64,000 nt of DNA from Kiritimatiellia bacterium (lineage in GTDB: Bacteria; Verrucomicrobiota; Kiritimatiellia; RFP12; UBA1067): assembly GCA_017447805.1 (NCBI GenBank), contig JAFSMR010000006.1, forward strand, positions 50,314 through 114,313, read 5' to 3'. The notes beneath the pieces were generated by a model that worked only from the letters and a program-made list of their open reading frames with translations, made no database searches and had not been told where the DNA came from. Positions 22,604-31,916 of the stretch are shown in pieces (within the stretch, counting starts at the first letter, position 1; the number at the start of each line of letters is the position of its first letter). The position numbers and the translations under genes are program-made.

Positions 22604-24289
22604 ATGAACGGAGCAATATTGTTGTCGATAGCGGTAGCGGCGTTTGGCGTCGGCTATTTCTTATATGCAAAATTCCTCGAAAAGAAACTTGGCGTGGATG
22701 CGTCGCGTCCAACGCCAGCGCATACGAAATGCGATGGGGTGGATTATATACCGGCGAATTCGACCGTGCTGTTCGGCCACCATTTCGCCGCGATTGCCGG
22801 TGCCGGCCCGATAGTCGGTCCTGTGCTCGCGGCGGAGTTTGGATGGGCGGCAGTATCGCTTTGGGTAATATTGGGGTGCATCTTCATCGGCGCGGCGCAT
22901 GATATGATTTCGCTGTTCCTTTCGGTTCGGCATGATGGCGAATCGATAGGTTCTGTAATCGGAACGATTCTCGGTCGTCCGGGCAAGATTCTATTCCTCC
23001 TATTCTCCTGGTCGGCGCTTGTGCTCGTAGTTACGGAATTTACGCGTCAAATCGTCGGCACTTTCGTAGCAGACCCCGCAATAGCAACGGCATCGCTTCT
23101 TTTCATCGCCGAAGCGATAGTATTCGGCCTATGCGTCAATAAATTCAAGATGTCGGTTCTTTGGACTTCGCTGTTCTTTGTCCCGCTTATGTTCGCTTTC
23201 GTTTGGATTGGCAATGTGTTCCCGCTCGATCTCACTAAATGGGGACTTGGGAAGGAAACCGTCGCGTTAGTTTGGACAATTGTCCTCTTGGTATATTGCT
23301 TCTTCGCATCGACTTGTCCCGTTTGGATTCTTCTTCAGCCCCGCGATTACCTGAACGCCTATCTTCTTTACGCGATGATGGCGCTGGGAATTGTAGGCGT
23401 ATTTGTTGCGCATCCAACGCTCCACACCGATGCATTCGTCGGTTTTCAGGCGGTGGGGCGTCTTGGCGGGGTAGATATGCTATTCCCGTTCTTGTTTGTG
23501 ACAGTGGCATGCGGCGCATGTTCAGGCTTCCATGCGCTAGTCGCTTCGGGTACTAGCGCCAAGCAACTTGGAAGCGAAAAGTCGATTCGCCCTGTGGCTT
23601 ACGGCGGTATGCTTCTGGAAGGGGTGCTTGCGATTATTGCGTTAATAGGCGTTGCCGGAACATATATGCATCAGGCCGATTACACGCAGGCGATAAAGGG
23701 CATGGAACCTGTGCAGATGTTTGCTTCTACCATCGCAGGTTTTTGCGTAAAGGTATTTACGACAATCGGACTTTCCTCCGAGACCGGCAAGCGAATCGCA
23801 GAATCCTTCATGCTGCTTTCGGTATCTGCGTTTTTGATGACTACTGTGGACGCCGGAACCCGTCTTGCGCGCTTCAGCTGGCAGGAACTTATGCCGAAAA
23901 AGGCGCCTGTCGCGCGCAATATGTATTTCGGCACATTCCTCGTTTGCGCGCTCGCGGCCGGATTGCTACTAGGCAACCCCAATGCGGCCAAGCAGATATG
24001 GACGATTTTCGCTTCTGCGAACCAGCTACTCGCCGCTTTGACATTGCTCGCCGCGACCCTATGGTTTGCAAAGAACCGCAAGCCTTGCTGGATGACGGCG
24101 TTGCCGATGCTATTCATGCTCTCGGTTTCTTCGTGGGCCCTTAGCGCCATATTCTTAAAGAGCGTAAAGACGGGCGACTGGATGAGAATTATCGCTACGG
24201 CGTTTCTGCTTATTCTCGCGGCGGTTGTCGTTGCGCTGGGAGTAAAGACCGCGTGCAAGCTACGCGGCGGCAAAACAGAAGTCGAATGA
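22604..24289 (+). CDS. cstA: carbon starvation protein A (peptide/pyruvate transporter family)
   Basis: 561 aa polytopic membrane protein. CstA N-terminal signature (HHFAAIAGAGPIVGPVLAAEFGW). Confidence 0.9.
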   Translation: MNGAILLSIAVAAFGVGYFLYAKFLEKKLGVDASRPTPAHTKCDGVDYIPANSTVLFGHHFAAIAGAGPIVGPVLAAEFGWAAVSLWVILGCIFIGAAHDMISLFLSVRHDGESIGSVIGTILGRPGKILFLLFSWSALVLVVTEFTRQIVGTFVADPAIATASLLFIAEAIVFGLCVNKFKMSVLWTSLFFVPLMFAFVWIGNVFPLDLTKWGLGKETVALVWTIVLLVYCFFASTCPVWILLQPRDYLNAYLLYAMMALGIVGVFVAHPTLHTDAFVGFQAVGRLGGVDMLFPFLFVTVACGACSGFHALVASGTSAKQLGSEKSIRPVAYGGMLLEGVLAIIALIGVAGTYMHQADYTQAIKGMEPVQMFASTIAGFCVKVFTTIGLSSETGKRIAESFMLLSVSAFLMTTVDAGTRLARFSWQELMPKKAPVARNMYFGTFLVCALAAGLLLGNPNAAKQIWTIFASANQLLAALTLLAATLWFAKNRKPCWMTALPMLFMLSVSSWALSAIFLKSVKTGDWMRIIATAFLLILAAVVVALGVKTACKLRGGKTEVE

Positions 24290-25194
24290 CTGGTTTGATA
24301 TTGGCTCTGCTAAGAAGCTTCACGCTTCTTGCTTCGATAATCATTCTTACTTGGAATGCGAAGTGGTTTCCATCCGGCAGAGCCGACCACCGCGCTTCAC
24401 CGGAAAAGGAAGCTGCGACAATCAAAACTGCCGCTGGATACTTAAGACAGGCGTTAGATGATATGGATAGCGAAGGCACGAACGATGTAATTATCGTGCT
24501 TAACGAAATGATCAACCGCCAAGTTGCTAAGGAGCTTATAAAGGAAATCGGCCGCACCAATTTGAACTTGGCTGCGGTTAGTCAATATCGGCGCCATAAT
24601 AACAAGATCGATTATCAGCAAGATGCTGTTGCGACTACATTGCCCGTAGCAAGCGCCAATTTTTCTCATTGGCGAAAAGCAGCGCCGAAAATCGGCAATC
24701 AGCCGCCTAGAGGAATGGTTATTGCCGAACTAATCGTTGCGCCGGCAGTTACATCTAGAGTATATGCGGTCCATCTAAAATCAAACTACGGCGCTAAGAC
24801 AGATGAAGATTATGCAAAGAATCGCGCAAAAAGGCATAACGCGGTGCAAGAACTTCTGGGACTTGAAAAACTGCCGAAATCGAAGAAAAAGCGCAATGAG
24901 GCGATGCCGGCAATCATTGCCGGCGATTTTAATGCCGATGCGTGGAATGATGAGTTTGCGCAAGAGACAATCTTCAATGACTTGAAAAATGCAGGCTTTG
25001 AAAATCCTCTCGAACAGCTTCCGGCGGAAGAGCGCATTACTTACCCTGGATATGGCCAATGGAAGAATAGGACATACGATTATATAATGCTGCGCGATTT
25101 CAAAGTCTTGGAAAAGCCGAAAATCATTCCGATAGAAGATATTTCAGATCATAACGCCGTTATCCTTCGCGCAGAGGCGATTTCTGCGCCATGA
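24286..25194 (+). CDS. endonuclease/exonuclease/phosphatase (EEP) family protein, membrane-anchored or secreted
   Basis: N-terminal hydrophobic segment, then ILTWNAKW, AGDFNAD and SDHNAV motifs. Start set at ATG 24286, overlapping the cstA stop (ATGA). Confidence 0.72.
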   Translation: MTGLILALLRSFTLLASIIILTWNAKWFPSGRADHRASPEKEAATIKTAAGYLRQALDDMDSEGTNDVIIVLNEMINRQVAKELIKEIGRTNLNLAAVSQYRRHNNKIDYQQDAVATTLPVASANFSHWRKAAPKIGNQPPRGMVIAELIVAPAVTSRVYAVHLKSNYGAKTDEDYAKNRAKRHNAVQELLGLEKLPKSKKKRNEAMPAIIAGDFNADAWNDEFAQETIFNDLKNAGFENPLEQLPAEERITYPGYGQWKNRTYDYIMLRDFKVLEKPKIIPIEDISDHNAVILRAEAISAP

Positions 25195-25220
25195 AATTTT
25201 CAAAAAAAGGCGTTTCCCCC

Positions 25221-25249
25221 TTGTAAAAACGCAAAAAATATGATAAAAT
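25221..25249 (+). promoter_or_regulatory. promoter TTGTAA-N17-TAAAAT (TG-extended) of pckG
   Basis: TTGTAA at 25221-25226 and TGaTAAAAT at 25241-25249. SD AAGGAG lies before the ATG at 25298. Confidence 0.55.
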
Positions 25250-25297
25250 TTGCGGCATTAAAACACCTGTAAGGATAAACCTCTAAGGAGTATAGAC

Positions 25298-27250
25298 ATG
25301 GCAAAGACGCCTAAATTCGCTAACGCAAAGATTTTCGCTTGGGTCGACAAGTGGAATAAAATCTGCACACCTGACAAGATTGTTGTCGTAAAGGGCACGG
25401 CTGAAGAGCATACCGCCATTTGTGAAATGATGGTGAAGAATGGCCAGTTCACGAAGCTGAACGCCAAGAAGCGCCCTGGGTGCTATTTGGCGCGCTCGCA
25501 TGAAAGCGATGTCGCACGCGTCGAAGGCCGCACATTCATCTGCTCCAAGAACGAGATCGATGCAGGCCCCACGAACCACTGGATGGGCCCCGTGGAAATG
25601 AAGGCGAAGATGACTAAGGCATACAAGGGTTCGATGAAGGGCCGCACGATGTATGTAATTCCTTTCGCCATGGGTCCGATCGGCAACCCGATTACCCAGT
25701 ATGGTATCGAGCTTACCGATTCGCCCTATGTCGTAGTGAACATGAACATCATGACCCGCACAGGCGATGAAGTAATCAAGCAGCTCGGCAAGGATGGCGA
25801 TTTTGTTCCTTGCATCCACTCTGTCGGCGCGCCGCTCAAGAAGGGCGAAAAGGATGTCGCATGGCCTTGCGCGAAGAAGATTGAAGATAAGTATATCACC
25901 CAGTTCCCCGAGGATGGCGAAATCTGGTCGTTCGGTTCGGGCTACGGCGGCAATGCTCTTCTCGGCAAGAAGTGCTTCGCGCTGCGTATCGCTTCTAAGC
26001 TCGCGAAGGATAATGGCTGGATGGCCGAGCACATGCTCATCTTGACCCTCACGAGCCCCGAAAAGAAGAAATACCATGTAACCGCCGCGTTCCCGTCCGC
26101 TTGCGGCAAGACGAACCTCGCTATGATGCTCCCGAAGCTCGATGGCTGGAAGCTTCAGACGATTGGCGACGATATCGCGTGGCTCAAGCCTGGCGCGGAT
26201 GGCCGCCTTTATGCGATCAACCCAGAGAACGGCTTCTTCGGCGTTGCTCCTGGCACAAGCAAGTTCTCCAACCCGAACGCGTTGCTTTCCTGCAAGAAGA
26301 ATACGATCTTCACGAACGTCGTTCTTACGCCTGATGGCGATATCTGGTGGGAAGATATGGGTATCGACGCACCGGTCGAAGGTATCGACTGGAAGGGCAA
26401 TCCTTGCTATCGCTGCGTAGACGATAAGCGCCGCATGGGGCCGAAGCCTGGCATGACCAAGGCAGAGGTCAAGGAAATGGGCTATGTCGCCGCGCATAAA
26501 AACAGCCGCTTCACCGCGCCTGCAATCAACTGCCCGGTTCTCGATAAGGAAGGCTTCAACGGCAAGTTTGAAAAGAAGCCTACCGGCGTCCCGATCGATG
26601 CTATTCTCTTCGGCGGAAGACGTCCTTCCACGATTCCTCTAGTAAACGAGGCGAAGAGCTGGACTCACGGCGTATTCATGGGCTCGGCGGCAGGTTCTGA
26701 AGTAACGGCTGCCGTAATCAGCGACCAGATCGGTCAGGTTCGCCGCGATCCTATGGCGATGCTTCCATTCTTCGGCTACAATGTTGCGGACTACTTCCAG
26801 CACTGGCTTGAGATGGAGCGCACGAGCACTGATCCGACGAAGCTTCCGAAGATTTACTTCGTGAACTGGTTCCGCAAGACGGCCGATGGCAAATTCATGT
26901 GGCCTGGCTTTGGCGATAACAGCCGCGTGCTGAAGTGGATTTGCGAGCGTATCGATGGCAAGGTTGGCGCGAACGAGACTGCGATCGGCAATTTGCCGAA
27001 GTTCGAGGATATCGACCTCAGCAACAACGAGGGCGAGCCCGGCTTTACGGTCGAACCCGAGCTTCTCAAGCAGATTCTCACTGTCGATACGGAAGGCTGG
27101 AAGAAAGAAATCGCGACTGTCGGCGCATCGTATGATGAATACGACCAGAAGGCGAGCAAGGATTCCAAGGCTGTCAACAAGGCTGCACGCAGAGTTCCTG
27201 CCGCGCTCCGTCAGGTTCTTGCGAATGTCGCAGCAGCTCTCGAAGCCTAA
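25298..27250 (+). CDS. pckG: phosphoenolpyruvate carboxykinase (GTP)
   Basis: 650 aa. GTP-PEPCK motifs (FPSACGKTN, GSGYGGNALLGKKCFALR, GDDIAWL, NSRFTAP). Confidence 0.95.
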   Translation: MAKTPKFANAKIFAWVDKWNKICTPDKIVVVKGTAEEHTAICEMMVKNGQFTKLNAKKRPGCYLARSHESDVARVEGRTFICSKNEIDAGPTNHWMGPVEMKAKMTKAYKGSMKGRTMYVIPFAMGPIGNPITQYGIELTDSPYVVVNMNIMTRTGDEVIKQLGKDGDFVPCIHSVGAPLKKGEKDVAWPCAKKIEDKYITQFPEDGEIWSFGSGYGGNALLGKKCFALRIASKLAKDNGWMAEHMLILTLTSPEKKKYHVTAAFPSACGKTNLAMMLPKLDGWKLQTIGDDIAWLKPGADGRLYAINPENGFFGVAPGTSKFSNPNALLSCKKNTIFTNVVLTPDGDIWWEDMGIDAPVEGIDWKGNPCYRCVDDKRRMGPKPGMTKAEVKEMGYVAAHKNSRFTAPAINCPVLDKEGFNGKFEKKPTGVPIDAILFGGRRPSTIPLVNEAKSWTHGVFMGSAAGSEVTAAVISDQIGQVRRDPMAMLPFFGYNVADYFQHWLEMERTSTDPTKLPKIYFVNWFRKTADGKFMWPGFGDNSRVLKWICERIDGKVGANETAIGNLPKFEDIDLSNNEGEPGFTVEPELLKQILTVDTEGWKKEIATVGASYDEYDQKASKDSKAVNKAARRVPAALRQVLANVAAALEA

Positions 27251-27285
27251 CGAGACGCAAGCTTTAACATAAAGCCAATGAAAAA

Positions 27286-27326
27286 CGCCGCGCTTGAGAT
27301 TCAAAAACGAGCGCGGCGCTTTTTTC
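27286..27326 (+). terminator. intrinsic terminator of pckG
   Basis: 9-bp GC stem CGCCGCGCT / AGCGCGGCG followed by CTTTTTT. Confidence 0.8.
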
Positions 27327-27686
27327 GGGAGAAGAAATTTGAAGGGCGGCGAAATTAGGGAATATGATTTGCACCCTATGGGCGCGAGGGTCGATGATGC
27401 TATCGCAAGGCTAGATAGAATAATCTCGGCCGAGCGCTCGAAAGGGCATGGGACATTTTGCGTCGTAACGGGATATGGTTCGACTGGGGGGACTGCAAAA
27501 ATAAAGAATGCAGTCCTCGCGGCTTGCAGAAAATATCTAAGGCAAAACCATATCCGCGGATTTCTCGATGGGGAAAAAGCCGGTGATATATTTTCGGCGG
27601 AAGCGCTAGCATTCCCTAATCTATATTCGATACCGGTTAGTGCTAAACGCTCGCCTAATCCTGGTGTAGTGTTTATCGCGGTCTAG
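27294..27686 (+). CDS. Smr-domain protein (start uncertain; TTG at 27339 plausible)
   Basis: Smr-like core EYDLHPMG..DDAI..LDR.I......G....VVTGYG. The ATG at 27294 lies inside the pckG terminator hairpin. Confidence 0.5.
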   Translation: MRFKNERGAFFGRRNLKGGEIREYDLHPMGARVDDAIARLDRIISAERSKGHGTFCVVTGYGSTGGTAKIKNAVLAACRKYLRQNHIRGFLDGEKAGDIFSAEALAFPNLYSIPVSAKRSPNPGVVFIAV

Positions 27687-27698
27687 GCTAGGCGAGAT

Positions 27699-29897
27699 AT
27701 GAAATTCAAGCAAAAGCGGCCGCTGAAAATATTACTTTTGTGCCTCGCGGCATTTTTGCTCTTTTCGCTTATCGCATTTTCGCTTTCTTGGGCTTTCATA
27801 GATTGGGATGAAACGGGTGCGCAGAATTACCCCGGCGGGATAGTATTACGCGATTCCAACGGCGAAATCATAAGGGTAACTCTCGGCGAAGATGATATCG
27901 ATTGCCGTCCTACATATGTTGCTGACAAGGATGATTGGATTGTCAAGGCGATTGTCGCGGTCGAGGACGGAGATTTTTGGAATCATCGCGGAGTTCGTCC
28001 TTTGAGTATAGCCAGGGCATTCTTCCAAAATCTGCTCTATCGCCGGAGGATATCCGGGGCATCTACGATTACGATGCAAACGGTCCGGCTAATCAGGCCT
28101 CATAAAAAAGGCTATGCCGCGAAATGGCGAGAAGCGTTCGAGGCGATGAAGATGGAGCGCTCGCACGACAAATTATGGATAATTTCGCAATATCTCAATC
28201 GCGCTCCATTTGGTTCCAACTATGTAGGCATAGAAGCGGCCTCACATGGTTGGTTTGGCAAAAGCGCAAAGGAACTTGGTCCGGCAGAAGCGGCGATGCT
28301 CGCGGCGATGGTGCAAGCGCCTTCGCGCCTTAGGCCAGATAGAGATAGAGCTGGCGCGATGAAGAGACGAAATTACGTGCTTGAAAGAATGCGTCTTTTG
28401 GGGTATCTCGATGATGAAATTTATGAAGGCGCAAAGAAGGCTTTCCCATCCGTTCGCCGCGCTACGAGACCTTTCTTGCACCCATATTACACAGATTGGT
28501 TTCTTTCGGAATTGAAAAATAGCGCGAATAAAGAAGAGGTAAGACAAACAGATATCATTACTCCGCTGAATACCGATATTCAGGAAATTTGCGAAAGGGT
28601 AGTCGAGGAAGCGGCAAATGCCGGAGGATGGTCGGTCGCTGCGGTTGTTGTGAAGATCGGCTCTAAAGAAGAATCCTGGGCGGATAAAGTTATCGCTCTA
28701 GCATGTAGCGGCGACTATTTCGATAAATCATCAGGTCAAGTAAATACGGCAATCGCGCCGCGTCCAGCAGGCTCTTCTCTTAAGCCATTACTCGCCGCGC
28801 TTGCACTTGATTTAGGCATAGTATCGCCAGATGAAAGGTTGAAGGATATTCCTCTTGCCTATAAAGGATATCGACCGGCAAATTTCGATTCGCGCCATAG
28901 GGGAGTCGTAACCTTGCGAGAAGCGCTAATCCTTTCGCTCAATATACCTTTTATTACTATGCTGGAAAAGGTAGGGCTAGAGCGATTTGGCTCGACTTTA
29001 AGGGCTTCCGGCTTTAACAATATGAATGAGCCCAATGAGCGCTTTGGCCTCGGTATGGCGATAGGTAATGTCGAAATTTCGCTCCTCGAGCTAGTCAAAG
29101 CATACGCAGCGTTTGCAAGATCTGCCGCCGGGGACGAAAAAGCTTCGCCTTATTCCCCCGGCTCGGCCTATATCGTAAGCGATTATCTTTCTGGCGCCGA
29201 AAGGTCGGCATCTGCGCTAGGACATATTGCCGATATTGAATTGCCGCGTTTTGCCTGGAAGACCGGCACCTCGAGTGCATATCGCGATGCTTGGACTGTC
29301 GCTTGGAATCCTGAATATGCAATAGGCGTATGGGCAGGTCATAAGCGCGGCGGATTTGGAGATAAAACGCTAGTTGGCGCGCAAGCCGCTGCGCCGCAGG
29401 TTTGGCGAATTCTGCGCTCGTTGTATCCTAGCGGCAGGGGCCCTTGGTTTGCGCGTCCTGAGATGGTCGAAACGAGGGATGTTTGCCCTCTAACAGGCAG
29501 GCTTGCTTCGCCGCAGTGTCCTGAGAGCGAAGAAGGGTGGTTTATTCGCGGCCATTCATCACCTTCATTTTGCGCTGCGCATCGCGTTGGATATTCGGGC
29601 GCAATAGAAACGGTAGATACTGCGTCAGGTATTGCGCGAGGAGAAAAACTCGCAATCATGAAACCGGAAAATGGCGCAAAGTTCGTTTTGGTAGAAGGGA
29701 TGAATCAGCAGGCAATCGTAGCAAAGGCTATAGGGTGCAAAAATGATTGCGTCCTTTGGTGGTTTTTGGATTCTTGCCCGGTCGCCCGTTCGCTAGGCGC
29801 AAATCCTGTAGTAATCGAGATGGAGCGCGGAGAGCATGTTTTGACTTGCTCGGATGCTTCTGGCGAAACTTCTACAGTAACATTTACTGTCGAATAG
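27699..29897 (+). CDS. pbpC: penicillin-binding protein 1C (bifunctional transglycosylase/transpeptidase)
   Basis: 732 aa. GT51 motifs EDGDFWNHRGV and GASTITMQ. Transpeptidase SxxK (SSLKP) and KTGTS. PBP1C-type C-terminal domain. Confidence 0.85.
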   Translation: MKFKQKRPLKILLLCLAAFLLFSLIAFSLSWAFIDWDETGAQNYPGGIVLRDSNGEIIRVTLGEDDIDCRPTYVADKDDWIVKAIVAVEDGDFWNHRGVRPLSIARAFFQNLLYRRRISGASTITMQTVRLIRPHKKGYAAKWREAFEAMKMERSHDKLWIISQYLNRAPFGSNYVGIEAASHGWFGKSAKELGPAEAAMLAAMVQAPSRLRPDRDRAGAMKRRNYVLERMRLLGYLDDEIYEGAKKAFPSVRRATRPFLHPYYTDWFLSELKNSANKEEVRQTDIITPLNTDIQEICERVVEEAANAGGWSVAAVVVKIGSKEESWADKVIALACSGDYFDKSSGQVNTAIAPRPAGSSLKPLLAALALDLGIVSPDERLKDIPLAYKGYRPANFDSRHRGVVTLREALILSLNIPFITMLEKVGLERFGSTLRASGFNNMNEPNERFGLGMAIGNVEISLLELVKAYAAFARSAAGDEKASPYSPGSAYIVSDYLSGAERSASALGHIADIELPRFAWKTGTSSAYRDAWTVAWNPEYAIGVWAGHKRGGFGDKTLVGAQAAAPQVWRILRSLYPSGRGPWFARPEMVETRDVCPLTGRLASPQCPESEEGWFIRGHSSPSFCAAHRVGYSGAIETVDTASGIARGEKLAIMKPENGAKFVLVEGMNQQAIVAKAIGCKNDCVLWWFLDSCPVARSLGANPVVIEMERGEHVLTCSDASGETSTVTFTVE

Positions 29898-29932
29898 CCC
29901 TAAGGCGAACCGATTTTTCCGCTATAAAAACC

Positions 29933-29957
29933 AACGCCACGCTTGAGGCGCGGCGTT
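29933..29957. terminator. hairpin between convergent pbpC and rpmA
   Basis: AACGCCACGC-TTGAG-GCGCGGCGTT. A T5 tract follows on the minus strand. Confidence 0.6.
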
Positions 29958-30025
29958 ATGTTTGGGATCCTGAATGCTTCGTCCTAGGTACGGTTTAGCT
30001 TTCTTATCCCTTCTTTTGAGGGTTA

Positions 30026-30262
30026 TTAGCCCTCGACAATCGTTACGACTTTACCATCCTTTACGAACTTCACCTTGCCATCTTTGAGGGCAAAGAGAGT
30101 GAAGTCGCGACCCTGGCCGACATTCTTGCCGGGGTGGATTTTTGTGCCGCGCTGTCGGACGATGATTGAGCCTGCCTTGAGGAGCTGGCCATCGTAAGCC
30201 TTAACACCGAGATATTTCGGGTTTGAATCGCGACCGTTTCTTGCTGATGCGCTGGATGCCAT
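30026..30262 (-). CDS. rpmA: 50S ribosomal protein L27
   Basis: 78 aa. NGRDS...LGVK...G..I.RQRGTK.HPG.NVG.G.D.TLFA signature. Confidence 0.95.
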   Translation of the reverse strand: MASSASARNGRDSNPKYLGVKAYDGQLLKAGSIIVRQRGTKIHPGKNVGQGRDFTLFALKDGKVKFVKDGKVVTIVEG

Positions 30263-30277
30263 ATCTAATTACCTCCC

Positions 30278-30592
30278 TTACGCAATTTTTGTTACGGTTG
30301 CGATTGTGAGATCCTGACGGTGACCGACTTTGCGGCGCGCACCTTTGCGGCGCTTTGCCTTGAAGTTGATTACCTTAGGTCCGCGTTTTACACCATCTAC
30401 GGATAGTGTAACCTTGGCGCCCTCCACATAAGGAGTGCCAACCTTGAGCGTCGTCCCATCGGAAACGGCGCATACCGTGTCGAGGACTGCTTCCTCGCCG
30501 GGATTGACCGAGAGCTTTTCAATCTCGATCTTGTCGCCAACCTTGACAAGAACCTGCTTGCCACCAGTGGCCAGTACTGCGTATTGTTCCAT
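30278..30592 (-). CDS. rplU: 50S ribosomal protein L21
   Basis: 104 aa. YAV...GGKQ start and basic KRRKG.RRK.GHRQ tail. Immediately upstream of rpmA. Confidence 0.95.
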   Translation of the reverse strand: MEQYAVLATGGKQVLVKVGDKIEIEKLSVNPGEEAVLDTVCAVSDGTTLKVGTPYVEGAKVTLSVDGVKRGPKVINFKAKRRKGARRKVGHRQDLTIATVTKIA

Positions 30593-30662
30593 CTTTCAGT
30601 TTCCTTCTCTCGCCTTCCATGTGGAGGCTGCGAAAGCATCCACGAAAAGCAAAGTGGCAGAT

Positions 30663-30692
30663 ATTATACACTATATTACCCTACCTTGTCAA
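30663..30692 (-). promoter_or_regulatory. consensus promoter TTGACA-N18-TATAAT for rplU-rpmA, overlapping the 3' end of prmA
   Basis: Minus strand: TTGACA at 30692-30687 and TATAAT at 30668-30663. The roughly 60-nt leader carries the hairpin 30621-30643. Confidence 0.65.
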
Positions 30693-31520
30693 TAGGGCAC
30701 TAGTCCATTCTCCATAAGTTTTTTTTGCGCATTCCTTCAGCCCTCTCGCGGAATATGCAGCCAAGACTTCATCATAGAGGGTTGTCAAAATGCCGGAAAC
30801 TACGAGTTTTTCTTCTACATATAGTAGAATTTCGTCTGCGTAGCGTATAAGTAGTGGTGCGAGGATGTTCGCGACGACTAGTGAATACTTGCGGCATTTG
30901 GGGTCGGGGGAGTTTGAACCTAGCGCATAGCGATAGTATTCGACATCGGCAGAATTTAGCGATGCGTTTTCGATTGATGCCTTGACGGCCTCTGGGTCGA
31001 CATCAAAACCTGCCACGCGCGTGTAGCCTAAGAGGGAGGCGGCGATCGAAAGAATGCCCGAGCCGCAGCCCATATCTATCATCGTTCCGCCTTGCGGGGC
31101 GAGTTCATCGATGAATTCCAGGCATGCGCGAGTCGTTTCATGCTTACCAGTTCCAAATGCCATGCCTGGGTCGAGAGTAACGACGACTCCTCCGCCTTCG
31201 GGCATTGGTTCCCAGGGCGGGTGAATCGCGAGACGCGGCGAGATTCGCTCGGTAGTAAAGTGGCGGCGATAAGCAAAGCGCCAATCTTCATCGGCTATTT
31301 GCTCCGATTCAATCGCTGCATCTACGCCAACGATATCAAGGGCAGCTTTAAGAGCGGCGCGAGCTGCTTCGGAATCTGAAGCATTTTCAAAATATATCCC
31401 CACCTCGGCAAGGGGCTTTTCTATATCGCGCCAGCTCGACAAAATGAAATCCCCACCATCGAATACTTCGAAGAGGGGATTTACAAATCGCTCTGCAACC
31501 GAGCAGAATACCCGTTGCAT
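30681..31520 (-). CDS. prmA: ribosomal protein L11 methyltransferase
   Basis: 279 aa. SAM motif DMGCGSGILSIAA; PrmA pattern (AFGTGKHETT). Confidence 0.85.
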   Translation of the reverse strand: MQRVFCSVAERFVNPLFEVFDGGDFILSSWRDIEKPLAEVGIYFENASDSEAARAALKAALDIVGVDAAIESEQIADEDWRFAYRRHFTTERISPRLAIHPPWEPMPEGGGVVVTLDPGMAFGTGKHETTRACLEFIDELAPQGGTMIDMGCGSGILSIAASLLGYTRVAGFDVDPEAVKASIENASLNSADVEYYRYALGSNSPDPKCRKYSLVVANILAPLLIRYADEILLYVEEKLVVSGILTTLYDEVLAAYSARGLKECAKKTYGEWTSALLTR

Positions 31521-31732
31521 TAGGCCTTTGCCTTGGCTGCGAGCTTCTTTACAACTGCAGGACGCTGCACCAACACGCGGACTTCTTCATCGCCCATCAG
31601 TTTGACATCATCAGCCTGCATGCCGAGCTTGACGAGACGAGCTCTCTGCGCCTTGTTTTTACGTGCCTTGCCGGCAGGTGTCTTGCATGGGCGAACATGC
31701 GATTCTTTGCGTAATGTACGACCTGTACCCAT
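31520..31732 (-). CDS. small, highly basic hypothetical protein (70 aa)
   Basis: Lys/Arg-rich ORF behind its own near-consensus promoter. Its stop overlaps the prmA start. No family recognised. Confidence 0.5.
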   Translation of the reverse strand: MGTGRTLRKESHVRPCKTPAGKARKNKAQRARLVKLGMQADDVKLMGDEEVRVLVQRPAVVKKLAAKAKA

Positions 31733-31777
31733 AATATCTACCTCGACTTTCTTCTATAAGACAGAAATTGAGTGCGT

Positions 31778-31806
31778 ATTATACCCTATTTTTTGGCAAA
31801 AATCAA
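31778..31806 (-). promoter_or_regulatory. promoter TTGATT-N17-TATAAT
   Basis: Minus strand hexamers at 31806-31801 and 31783-31778. Confidence 0.55.
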
Positions 31807-31901
31807 GGGGGTGGCTTATTTTTATCAAATTTTCTTCTCTCGCGTTTTAAGATAAAAGATGAGAAAATTCCAATTTCCCCTTGTATATCTATGACGGAAA
31901 A

Positions 31902-31910
31902 TGGTATAAT
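31902..31910 (+). promoter_or_regulatory. extended -10 element TGgTATAAT, 6 nt before the ATG at 31917 (leaderless candidate)
   Basis: The sequence reads TGGTATAAT-TGGCGC-ATG. Confidence 0.55.
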
Positions 31911-31916
31911 TGGCGC

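Noticed and set aside
25283-26497. 404-aa ORF antisense to pckG. Similar long antisense ORFs: 50143-51168, 46411-47283, 42264-43097, 44462-45268, 6229-6963, 6354-7061, 3643-4263, 26639-27304
   Set aside because: These are shadow ORFs opposite well-supported conserved genes. Their sequences are low-complexity and Arg/Ala-rich, with no recognisable motifs and no independent start signals.
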